Source of the DNA: Eledone cirrhosa
Lineage: Eukaryota
DNA: 64,000 nt
Reading direction: 5' to 3'
NCBI GenBank assembly: GCA_964016885.1
Contig: OZ024741.1
Span: forward strand, 377,952,001-378,016,000
The translations under genes were made by a program, and so were the position numbers. This document shows positions 40,657 to 52,350 of the stretch, one piece after another; position 1 is the stretch's first letter; the number at the start of each line of letters is the position of its first letter. The notes under the pieces were generated by a model, which did no database searches, was not told the DNA's origin, and saw nothing but the letters and a program-made list of their open reading frames with translations.

Positions 40657-43192
40657 ACCAACGTTCATTAAAAATTTCCGCTTTGAGAGTATGAAATATT
40701 TGCAAAATATTTTCGTTTTATCTATCCATTAAACCTTGTTCAACGTATTGAATATAAACTCATATTGAATTCCATATTCCAAATAATAAAAGCATTTTAA
40801 ATATTTTCCTTCATATTAATTAATTATCGATTTTTTCTCATTGTCTGAAAACCTTTTCCACACATTTCGCACATCCAGCTAGTTAATTAGATAACTATGT
40901 ATATCATAATTCATCGATGTTCTGAAAGTTGGTGATCCATAACTTGAGATCAATATCCAGGTCATTTCTGATAGATTATCGGCTGTTACTGATGGAAACG
41001 TTTATAATTGCTGCAATCAATAACTAAGGCAATTATTTTAGATATTAGCTGCGTAGTTATCAAGTATGTGGTATGGGCTATTATATGTCATGTAGTTCTA
41101 GGTCTATTAAGTTGTGTAAGACAGACTGTTATGAAAATGTATATACCTAATCAGATAATTAAAAACATGCTTCCTCGGTCAATGACAGTTTAAATACTTC
41201 ATATGACAGTCAGTTTTCCTTGTACGCCAGACGAGCGTGGGAAACTTCCAATCTTAAATTCTTGGATTTGTCATTTCATTTTAATTGTTGGTGTTTCATC
41301 AGCCATGGGGAACACATACATGAATCAATTTGGTTATAGTTACTTATCTTTTATTTTGATGCTCCTTTCGGAGACTTTGTGCAGCGTTAGTGAAATGTCC
41401 AAGCCATATCGAAGAAGAATGTCTGAGAAATCTGCGAATTAATAACATGAATTGAATTAATATTAATAAATTGACGACTAGCAAAACCGTTGATTAAAAA
41501 AATTGAGAACCCACTAAATTCATATACTATGCCATCACATATTCTAAAACACATAAAATAAAAGAAAATCAATCACATACAAAATAACACAAAACACATT
41601 GCACAAACTCCAAACTGAGAAAATTATAACTGACGAATCACTACTGTGAAACCATGCAAAGACCAAACCCCAAAAGACTAACAAAACAAAACCGCCCAAG
41701 AAAGATAATTATGTAAGCTGTGATGATGTGCAAATTTGTAGGGAAAGGTTTATAACGTGTTAATGAGAATACGTGTAATCAGTGTATTTATCACTATTCT
41801 ACCAAACACATCTTAAATATCGAGATGTATTTATGATATTAAGTAGGCTGATAAAAAACAATAAACATGGTAATTACTTTCAGAATTATAGGTTTCATGC
41901 GAGTGTAACTCTAATGCTGATTACATTCATACTATTAACACTAATTTGAGAACAGTATAATGAGTAATGATATTAAAAGGCTGCATGAACTTTGATTTTA
42001 ATTACCAATCAGCATTTAGCCTGCTTCCTTTGAGGAATCAATAGCAGATATTTTGTAGACATATTGGCACTTAGCTTCATTATTGTATTACATAGCTAAC
42101 ATTATTTTTTCACTTTTGTAAGAGATTATACTGGTGCCGACATTGTTGATGAAGTAGAGAGGAAAATGTATACGAATCGCGATGGTGATTTAATTAGAGA
42201 AGATGTCACTCATTTTTAAAATTACGATGTCATTCAGGATGAAGTGTTACAATTGATGATGTTGATCACGATGTGAGTGATGCTGTAATTGATACTAGTA
42301 ATAATGGTATGATGTTGATAATGGTGATATTGATGATGGCGATGTTGTCGATGATGGGAATTGGAAGGAGAATATGTGATAAAAGTGTTAGACATTTTGA
42401 CAAAAATGAGTTTTATCTTCTTCATAATGATTGAGATGTAGCTAATAAGGATAACGATTATGGTGTTGAGGATGATGATATTGGTCATAGCGGTAACGAT
42501 GATAATGATGTTATAGATGGGCGTCGAAGATGATGATGACGGTGGTGATAATATAAACATTGTAGCAGTAACATTGAAAGTTATGGCGGTATTCGTAATT
42601 GGTAAAGATAATGATAGATATTTCCATATAGAACAGCTACTAAAATGATTTAGAAATCACACTCAAACTACTTTATAAATATATATTTTACACCCTACAT
42701 ACTCGCATTTAATATCGCTTTATATATAGTTAAAGCTAAATGAAAAACATATATTAATAGTGATATTCATAATAATTTCACGTGTATAGGTGGAAGTGGA
42801 GACTCAATATATATTAAGGGAATGTTTGTTTTTGGACATCATATTTCATGCCGAATGTTAAAATACATATCCGCCCTACTACCTATCTAACATCGGTTTG
42901 GGATAATTATAATTGGACACATTGAATAAAGATTATGATGAATATAAAACTCAAGGGAGTATGAATATGAAGAACTATTTCCAAATACATTATGTTAATA
43001 TATGACAAGTGTTGTGCACTTTACTATTATTGTGTGTACCCTGTTTGAAATGTGGTAAATGTTATTAGCTTCGAAAAGTGCAGTAAGCACAAAACATACA
43101 TGTGAATACGTATACATGTGTGTGTAGATATACATATATATAATAATAATGAGTAGCAAATATGTGTCAAAGTGACGCTATTAAGTTTATTC

Positions 43193-43283
43193 AGGTGTGA
43201 CGTGCGTTTCGCGGCTGATCATATCTAGGAACGATCCATATCGATCTGGCATGACTCTGGAATCAATAGGTCATCAGACTCCT
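43193..43283 (-). ncRNA. Candidate type I hammerhead, partly decayed
   Basis: aggagu CUGAUGA ..~60 nt.. GAAAC gcac GUC acaccu. Helix I 5 of 6 bp. Base of helix II poorly paired. Confidence 0.5.
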
Positions 43284-43679
43284 AATCTTAACTATAATAA
43301 AGAAAGGCGTTCGGGTCTGTGTCAAACATTTTTTTTTTTATCCCGGTAGTAAAATAAGTTGGATTAATTTGAATAAATAATTATGGAATATTACATAATT
43401 TATCTACGGAATATGTAACACTTGATTAAATATTAATCATTTTATTGCTTATTTTAAGATTGACTTATTTTAAGATTCACTTTCGGTTAATGATCGGTTA
43501 TATAAACATTCATAAATTTCCATCTCTAGTCTTTTTCCTAATGCAGTTTATATATAATATCGTTTTTTTTTATGTATCATGTATTACTTTACTGGTTACA
43601 TATGAGAGGGTAACGCAGACTTCGTTCAATTTCTGTGCATATAGTCAATAACGATTTCATTTGATGTATCATATCTCTC

Positions 43680-43771
<92 letters not shown>

Positions 43772-43774
<3 letters not shown>

Positions 43775-44029
43775 CGAGCCACTTTTTCCATATAAAACAA
43801 GTAACATTCAGAGACCAACCAGATGTGAGAAAAACCACAGACCCTCCATCTCAACTCACCTTTTGAAAAGCAGAAGAACTGCGAAACCGGTAAAGGAACC
43901 AAATAAATATATATATTTTATAAAAAAATAAGACTTCAGTTGCATTTTCGATTTCATCTCTTTTTCTTTATACTTCCACTCGTGTAGGACACCTCGGTTA
44001 TTTTTCATTTTGTAAAAAAAAAACCTCAC

Positions 44030-44036
<7 letters not shown>
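43772..44036 (+). mobile_element. Family B non-coding element in (TA)n
   Basis: Near-identical reverse complement of 58773-59035 and homologous to both arms of 46217-47125. Confidence 0.85.
43859..43896 (+). ncRNA. Minimal type I hammerhead, U3-A8 core variant (family B)
   Basis: ccuu UUGAAAA gcag-aagaa-cugc GAAA CCGG UA aagg. Confidence 0.78.
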
Positions 44037-44086
<50 letters not shown>

Positions 44087-45296
44087 CGTATAATATCAAT
44101 ATGCACACTACCCATGCTAGCAGAAAACCACCCGAATGGGTTTCCTTAATGACGGAAGATATTCGAGTACAACTTTAAATTACCATATTTGATTCACTTG
44201 ATGTGTTATGTTTGTCCTTTGTTTTGATTGGTATGTAGGAGTGAGAATAGAGTAGAGAAGAAAAGGGAAGAGATAGGATGGGAAGACGAGAGATGAAGAG
44301 AGGGAGAAATGAAAGTGGTGTGAGGGACGAAGGAAGAAAGAGAAGGGGAATGGGAGTTGAGGATAATAAGAAAATGTGGGGAAGTGTTGAACATATCTAA
44401 TAAGGGAGAGTAGAGAAGGGTCAACAGGGTGTGGAATAGAAAATGTGGAATAAAGGGGTCATATGAGATGAAAATGCATTGGAGTCAAGTTACGAGGAAG
44501 AAAAGGAAAAAGAGAAGATAAGAAAGAGAAAACGGTGAAGGTGTTGGAGGAAACAGTTAGTGGGGAGGGAGATGATGCCTGACCTGATAAAGTAAAATTA
44601 AATAATATAAAATTGTGAGATAAAAGAGATAAAAGACATGAAATAATAAAATAATATAAAATGTAAGTAAAAAAATGAGGTAAAACTGTTATAAGAAATG
44701 GATATATAGAATGAGCAAAAATACATTGTAGAAAGTAAGATACATGATAAATAATGAGGAAGATATGATGAGATAAAATTAAAATGCAAGATATAAAATA
44801 TAAAAGGTAAAATTGTGAAAAGGAAAATAATGGTAAGGTATATATCAGAGTAATATAATATAATATGATAATGAAAATATAAAATTAAAATAAAGAATAT
44901 CCCTGGGGCGTCTATTGGGTTCTTAATCTCTTTGAAGTAACAGGCGTCGGTTGAAGTGTAAAGTGTATTTTATTCCCACGGTCATTTAGTTGACCTCAGA
45001 TATATTTACTTAAGTGTGCCGGTCAAATTTGCTGGTGTCTTATGCCGTACGTGTGTAAGTCGCCTTACACACGGACAGGCATCTATGTATATGAACACAT
45101 GTTTGTTTCACACACTTCCATACAAACATACACACATACACACACACACACAATTACATATTCTCTTGGACGAGTATAGTCAATGACGTGAGATTCGCTG
45201 CAGAAGACTGTATAAAGTTGTGGGCAGTTTGTCCTGCGTTTAAGTGAATGTTTTCTTGTTTAAGTGGCACTGTCACTACATCTATCTTATATATAT

Positions 45297-45567
<271 letters not shown>

Positions 45568-45572
45568 GTATA

Positions 45573-45734
45573 CGGAGAGGGTGACCCAGAATAAACTGGC
45601 CCCAGACAGTTGAGAGGGACCTGCGAGCGACAAACAGACAATGGCGGGACGCTGTGCAACTGGCTGCTGACCGAACGCGATGGAACACTATGATCGCCTC
45701 ATGCGTCGCAAGACGCGGGAGCTTCTGAGTCTGA

Positions 45735-45736
<2 letters not shown>
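45573..45736 (+). mobile_element. 3' end of an RTE-clade LINE inserted in (TA)n
   Basis: Reads [16 protein letters not shown]...WRDAVQLAADRTRWNTMI, the typical RTE C-terminus, then a short (ctgagt)2 tail. Confidence 0.8.
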
Positions 45737-45776
<40 letters not shown>

Positions 45777-45867
45777 CGAAGGAAATGTGGTAAGGAACCA
45801 GGTGGACCATAACGCACCAAAGTACTCAATACTTGAGATAGTAGAGTGGGTAATAGGAACCAGTAAG

Positions 45868-45961
45868 ACCCCGACAGCTGAGCTCAAGCCGTTTCGACGG
45901 CTAATTCTGGACTAAATGAAAATTTATCCTGCTATTTAAATAGCCGATCTTCTCAAGGGGT
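45868..45961 (-). ncRNA. Type I hammerhead, U3-A8 core variant (family A, left arm)
   Basis: Mirror image of 46091-46184. Confidence 0.75.
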
Positions 45962-46090
45962 AATTCCATATATGGTGGCTAAACCTGCCAGTATTTCCTA
46001 CTGGCAGGTTTAGCCACCATCTCCCCTACTAATTTGCAACCACAGAATTACTACTGATTTTTGACAATCACTTTGACCATATATGGAATT

Positions 46091-46184
46091 ACCCCTTGAG
46101 AAGATCGGCTATTTAAATACCAGGATAAATTTTCATTTAGTCCAGAATTAGCCGTCGAAACGGCTTGAGCTCAGCTGTCGGGGT
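46091..46184 (+). ncRNA. Type I hammerhead, U3-A8 core variant (family A, right arm)
   Basis: acccc UUGAGAA ga(u)cggcua..uagccguc GAAAC ggcu-ugagcuc-agcu GUC ggggu. Predicted cleavage after 46179. Confidence 0.75.
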
Positions 46185-46216
46185 CTTACTGGTTCCTATA
46201 TATATATATATATATA

Positions 46217-47125
46217 TTAAAGATAAAAAGATGAAATCAAAAATGCAACTGGAGTCTTATTTTTTAAAAAATATATATATATTTATTTGGTTCCGTTACC
46301 GGTTTGCCAGTTCTTCTGCTTTTCAAAAGTAGAGTTGAGATGGAGGATCTGTGGTTTTTATGACATGTGGTTGATCTTTGAATGTTACTTGTTTTATATG
46401 GAAAAAAAGTGGCTCGAAAGGCCAGGTTTTTAGAGAAGTAATTTGATTGGTTGGTCAATCTTTTTTAAGTAAAAAGAAATTTAAACGCACACACACAACA
46501 CACACACGAGTATACAAATAAACATACATATCTTTACATTCTCTATTTCAATAGAAAATCTGAATTCTGACACCCCAGCGAACTAACCATATTCACTGAA
46601 CCAGAACAATTCTCCCATCCCATTTCTCTTGACCATTAGCTGTTGCTTCTCATAAAATTCTCTAAAAAGGCTACAGAATAGATTTCCAAATAAGGGCGCG
46701 AAATTTAATGAAAACTTGTTCACGTGACAGCCATAATTTCATTTATAACCAATCAAATTACGTTTATTTTTAAAAAAAGCCTTTGCGAGCCCCTTTTTTT
46801 AAGTAAAAAGAAATTCAAACACTCATCCCTGTTTGTGAAGAACTTTGTAACGCGAACTGGCGCCTAATTTATTAGAATTATTGACCAACCAATCAAATTA
46901 CTTCTCTAAAACCTGGCCTTTCGAGCGTTTTTTTCCATATAAAACAAGTAACATTCAACGACCAACCAGATGTGATAAAAACCACAGACCCTCCATCTCA
47001 ACTCTACTTTTGAAAAGCAGAAGAAGTGCGAAACCGGTAAAGGAACCAAATAAATATATATAATTAAAAAAAAATAAGACTCCAGTTCCATTTTCGACTT
47101 CATCTGTTTTTCTTTATACTTGCAA
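46217..47125. mobile_element. Family B element in fold-back form
   Basis: Arm 46217-46460 is inverted relative to ~46878-47105. HHR motif at 47007-47042 (+), and a decayed one at ~46293-46329 (-). Confidence 0.8.
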
Positions 47126-48160
47126 CCATGTCTATAATCCATTGCACTAGCAGGCTAGATTCTTTACTCATCCATATAACCTTTCCTGAGAAATAATTTC
47201 CACCTCGTCTCTCCACCATTCTCTTTCTCTACACCCCATGAAATAACGTTTGATACCGCGGGTGATTTCTTTTACTGTACTAGCAAAATTTATGTGAGAT
47301 TATATCTGCGTTTGACATGTTTAACCGCTCAAACACAGATAGCTGTCTTTCTTTGAAAGTACGATTAAAATAGATTAAACGTGTTCAACTGGAATTGGGT
47401 TTGAACGTAAAGAAACGGGAGAGCCGAAAAACGAATAACTTTTCGTTTACCAGAGATTTCTTTAGTGCAAATAATAGTTTAGGTCGAGCCAAGTAAATAT
47501 CAAAATTTGAATTTGATATCTTGCTTGTTACATACATGTATGTACGTGTTTTATATCGAATAATAATAAAATTAATATTCGATTCATTTGCAAGCAAACA
47601 TCCTCTTTACGTTGTTCTTTAGATCAACGTCGACTGCCGCTTGCTCTATCACACCTAAGAACATAGTGGAATTAGGGCGTTTATTTGTAAACAAATCGAA
47701 AGGTATAATAAATTCAATATAAAACTCGTGTAAATATAATTTGGATATTATAACAATCGTGAATACATAAATATCGTTGCCTAGTGATACTACCACATTT
47801 TTCAATTAAATGAAAATCTGTCAAATGACTATATAATATATAATTGCATGATATACTTGAATTATTAATGTCAATGCAATTAACGATAGTGTTATCTGTT
47901 AAGCAATGTCATAATTCTCTGTGCGGAGTCAACATGTCAGATTTAAGCAATGGTGTAGGTAATAAGTAAACATTCGACGCAGAAGAAAATTACACGAAAG
48001 CATATAATTATGTCTAGGGAAAATTATTCGAAAATATGTTCACTGCATAATTGGACGAAGTTTATCTTGAGGCACCACCAGAAGAATTTGGCCACTTCAA
48101 TACTGACTTAATTTTCAAGTCAAGTTTTTATTTTATGGTTTTCTATATATTGAGCCAGTA

Positions 48161-48254
48161 TACTTTGCCTTTCATCCTTACCGGGTCGATAAAATAAAGT
48201 ACCAGTAATGTACTGAGTAATTGGTGGCTTGTGCCTAGAGTAGAAAACATTATT
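48161..48254 (+). mobile_element. SINE 3' fragment
   Basis: ctttgcctttcatcctta..ggtcgataaaataaagtaccagtaatgtactgagtaatt matches the 4352-4540 SINE. Confidence 0.8.
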
Positions 48255-48379
48255 GTAAAAGAGAGAAGGAATAACATTAGTAGTAGTAAAGGGGTGGTAA
48301 AATATGTACACCCACCCACGTGCGCACAAGCACACACGATTATGTTTATATATATATATAGTTATTTATATATATATAT

Positions 48380-48421
<42 letters not shown>

Positions 48422-48625
48422 GTAAGTATACGTACATACATCTATGTATATATACGTACAGTAGTATGTATGAATATATACATACATGCACCCATATATA
48501 TATGTACGTATGGATTCACCGAACATTTATTATAATGCTCGGTGTGTTTGTAAACAAACATCCCGAATTAAGCCGTTCAGTGTCTAGCTACCATTGTTGC
48601 TCATTTGTTCAACACTGACAAAGGA

Positions 48626-48668
48626 ACGCTGTACTAGTTTCAAGCTTATTAGCTATCATCAGCAACGT
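48626..48668 (-). ncRNA. Minimal type I hammerhead (family R, unit 1)
   Basis: acguug CUGAUGA uagcuaauaagcuu GAAA CUAG UA cagcgu. Confidence 0.85.
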
Positions 48669-49083
48669 ATACCTTCCTGCCAGATAATTGAACGTCTGAA
48701 AGTATATACTTTGCTTATGCAGATTAACGGCTGAGCAGCCTAATTTGCATATCTAGTGAGTTACTCGGCCGGGCGTGCCGAAAACGATAAACGGAAAGAC
48801 TGAAACGAAACGAAACGAAACGATGAAGCGAAACGAAATTTCATTTCTCACCCTTAGTACGGCTGTTACTTAAATATAAGTAAGTATACGTACATATATA
48901 TATGTATACAGACGTACAGTAGTATGTATATATATATACATACATGCACATATATATATATGTACGTATGGATTCACCGAAGATTTATTATAATTGTCGG
49001 TGTGTTTGTAAACAAACATCCCGAATTAAGCCGTACAGTGTCTAGCAACCATCTTTGCTCATTTGTTCAACACTGAAAAAGGA

Positions 49084-49126
49084 ACGCTGTAGTAGTTTCA
49101 AGCTTATTAGCTGTCGTCAGCAACCT
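49084..49126 (-). ncRNA. Minimal type I hammerhead (family R, unit 2, mutated)
   Basis: agguug CUGACGA cagcuaauaagcuu GAAA CUAC UA cagcgu. Helix III palindrome broken and one helix I mismatch. Confidence 0.7.
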
Positions 49127-49554
49127 ATACCATCCTGCTAGATGATTGAACGTATGAAAGTATATACTTTCCTTATGCATATTAACGACTGAGCAGCCTA
49201 ATTTGCAAATCGAGTGAGTTACTCGGCCGGGCGTGCCAAAAACGATAAACGGAAAAAAATGAAACGAAACGAAACAAAATGATGAAACGAAACGAAACGA
49301 AACCAAATTTCATTTCTCACTCTTAGTACGGCTGTTACTGAAATATAAGTAAGTATACGTACACACATATATGTATACAGACGTACAGTAATATGTATAT
49401 ATATATATACATACATGCACACATATATATATGTACGTATGGATTCACCGAACATTTACTATAATGCTCGGTGTGATTGTAAATAAACATCCCGAATTAA
49501 GCCGTACAGTATCTAGCTACCATTGTTGCTCATTTGTTCAACACAGACAAAGGA

Positions 49555-49597
49555 ACGCTGTACTAGTTTCAAGCTTATTAGCTATCGTCAGCAACGT
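49555..49597 (-). ncRNA. Minimal type I hammerhead (family R, unit 3)
   Basis: acguug CUGACGA uagcuaauaagcuu GAAA CUAG UA cagcgu. Confidence 0.85.
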
Positions 49598-50024
49598 ACA
49601 CCTTCCTGCCAGAGGATTGAACGTGTGAAAGTATATACTTTCATTATGCATATTAACGGCTGAGCAGCCTAATTTGCATATCATATATATATGTACGTAT
49701 GGATACACCGAACATTTATTATAATGCTCGGTGTGTTTGTAAACAAACATCCCGAATTAAGCCGAGTAACGATCGTTGCTAGACACTGTACGGCTTATTT
49801 CAGGATGTTTGTTTACAAACACATCGAGCATTATAATAAATGTTCGGTGAATCCATCCGTACATATATATATGTGTGCATGTATGTATATATATATATAC
49901 ATAGTACTCTACGTCTGTATACATATATGTATGTACGCATACTTACTTATATTTAAGTAACAGCCGTACTAAGAGTGAGAAATGAAATTTCGTTTCGTTT
50001 CGTTTCTTTTCATACGTTTCCGTT

Positions 50025-50128
<104 letters not shown>

Positions 50129-50486
50129 CATATATATACCTCATATTATGAGATTTCGACCAATCCTTAAACTCACATTTAAACAAGAAAAACAAGTCTG
50201 CTATAATGAGAAAATACAAATATATATAGAATTTATGAAAAAATAGTCTGTAAAAGGAAATTATAATGATGGTAATTCGTTATGAAATATTATTTTCGAT
50301 CTTAAACGCTCCCCTATATTTATTTGCTATTTTCCTCATTCTGTATTTAATCTTTACATTTCCATGATATTATATTTCTGTCTGTCTAGATTGTTCATTC
50401 TTATAATATATACTATATTTCAAATGTACATACGCATAAAGACATATGAATCCACACTCAAACGTACATACACACACACAAACGCG

Positions 50487-50525
<39 letters not shown>

Positions 50526-51086
50526 GTATTATATTTCACACTTTAGCTTGTGTCTGATGTTGTCATTTCATAGTTTATGTATTTGGCACTGGATGTTTTG
50601 TATATATGCATATTCATTGTTTTCGAAAGCAGCCATGTTTATCTCTCTCAGCTTTATTATCTAATTTAAAGCCATACCTTTTTTAAACTCTATAATCTAT
50701 TTGTTTTCTATGCTTTCTATTTATTTTATTTTGTCTTTTCTAGAACAATGTATCAAACTAAATATTGTCTCCGGGAGATAACGTTATTGGCCACAAAACA
50801 ACATGGTAATTTCTTAATCATAATGTGCTTGATAGTTTGCAAATTTAACAAACAAAACACTAAATTAATCATGCAAATAGTTTGGGGCATTTTATAGTTT
50901 AGATCAAGGTTATCATGATATGAGTAATTGAGACGAACAAATGTTCATGATATATATCTGAGAAGGAGTTCCATTTTACTGAATAGCAAACTTTGCTGGT
51001 CAGGTTGTATTTTATAACGGAATGGGACGTAATCATATTCACTATTGTGATATTTCATGAATATCTTTCCCTCCGCCGATATTTAT

Positions 51087-51532
51087 ACTAGACCTAAAAA
51101 ATGCGCAAGCTCAAAAGAGCCACAGAATGTTATAATACACGTTCAAAAGTGTGGGACTAGAATTGTTGCTAAAACATATTGTAATCATTATCTATCGTAC
51201 ACTCTGTCGCATCCTTTTATAAAAAAAGAGACTCATAACGAATTCAAGACGACACTATAATTATTTAAGCTAATGTTCAATATCTCATATTTGATGTTTA
51301 GTAATGATTAATAGGAAATGCACTTAAACCGAATTCTATATTATAAATTCACTTAAATAATTATCGTGTCGTCTTGTATTCATTATGAGTCTCTTTTTTA
51401 TAAAAGGATGCCACAGAGTGTACGATAGATAATGATTACAATAATTTTGAGCAACAACTCTAGTCCCACACTTTTGAATGTTTATTATAACATTATGTGT
51501 CTCTTTTGAGCTTGCGCATTTTCAGGTCTAGT
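51087..51532. repeat. Imperfect ~180-bp inverted repeat (old fold-back element)
   Basis: 51087-51269 versus 51352-51532, with ~80-bp spacer. Confidence 0.85.
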
Positions 51533-52275
51533 TTAATATTTCTTTAAGGCAACGCTTGTAATAATCTAGTTAAACATGATATATATTAATAATAAATTAT
51601 CGTTGTAATGTAATTAGATTTTAAAATTGTTGTTTTATAAATGATCTTATAAATATTATTTTAAGATGTATAAAAATATTTTCAGACTTTTAATATGAAA
51701 AAAAAAAATTCAAAAAAAAACAATCAATATTAAATAATTATATTTTACATAATAATTGTTATAGTTGAATTAATAAAAATTAAATATTACATACAGATAG
51801 TCTAACATAATAATAAAAAATAATCTAACATAATAATAAAATTATCTAACATAAAACGAACAATAATATGGACAAATGTACAAGTAAATATGAAACAACC
51901 AATATTATAAGCATGTTATAACGAACTGAACAAAAAGATAGTTAATACAAATTTAAAAAATCATATATAAATTAACAATATAACTTACCAAAACGGGAAA
52001 AATATTTTGATAATAAACGACGAAATACAGGAGGAAGATTCGAATAGGAAACGATAAATAAACGTGCAAACTAAGTGGCGGATGCTTTTGAGCAAAGAAT
52101 AGATATTGTTTTTCTATTTTCCCCTCACAATTATAATAAAATATATTTACACACACACACCCGCACTCACATACACACACGCGCGCGCACATACACCCCC
52201 ACCCCACACACACACATACACATACAGGCAGACACACCCACACGCAGACACTCACACACAGACAGACATACACAG

Positions 52276-52307
<32 letters not shown>

Positions 52308-52310
52308 ACA

Positions 52311-52328
<18 letters not shown>

Positions 52329-52350
<22 letters not shown>

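Larger units (their letters stand above)
45775..46197. mobile_element. Fold-back element family A, copy f (longest, complete HHR in both arms)
   Basis: Arms ~45853-45976 and ~46076-46199 with one mismatch. Nested 22-bp hairpin at 45972-46020. Confidence 0.9.

Noticed and set aside
42170-42620. His/Ile-rich ORF 42234-42560
   Set aside because: Decayed (GAT)n low-complexity sequence.
44200-44900. Purine-rich strand-biased tract
   Set aside because: Low-complexity sequence with no recognisable motif or ORF homology.
48421-49764. CRISPR array or plain satellite
   Set aside because: Eukaryotic context. Units are full-length ~465-bp repeats without unique spacers, and a dispersed copy with a covarying HHR exists.
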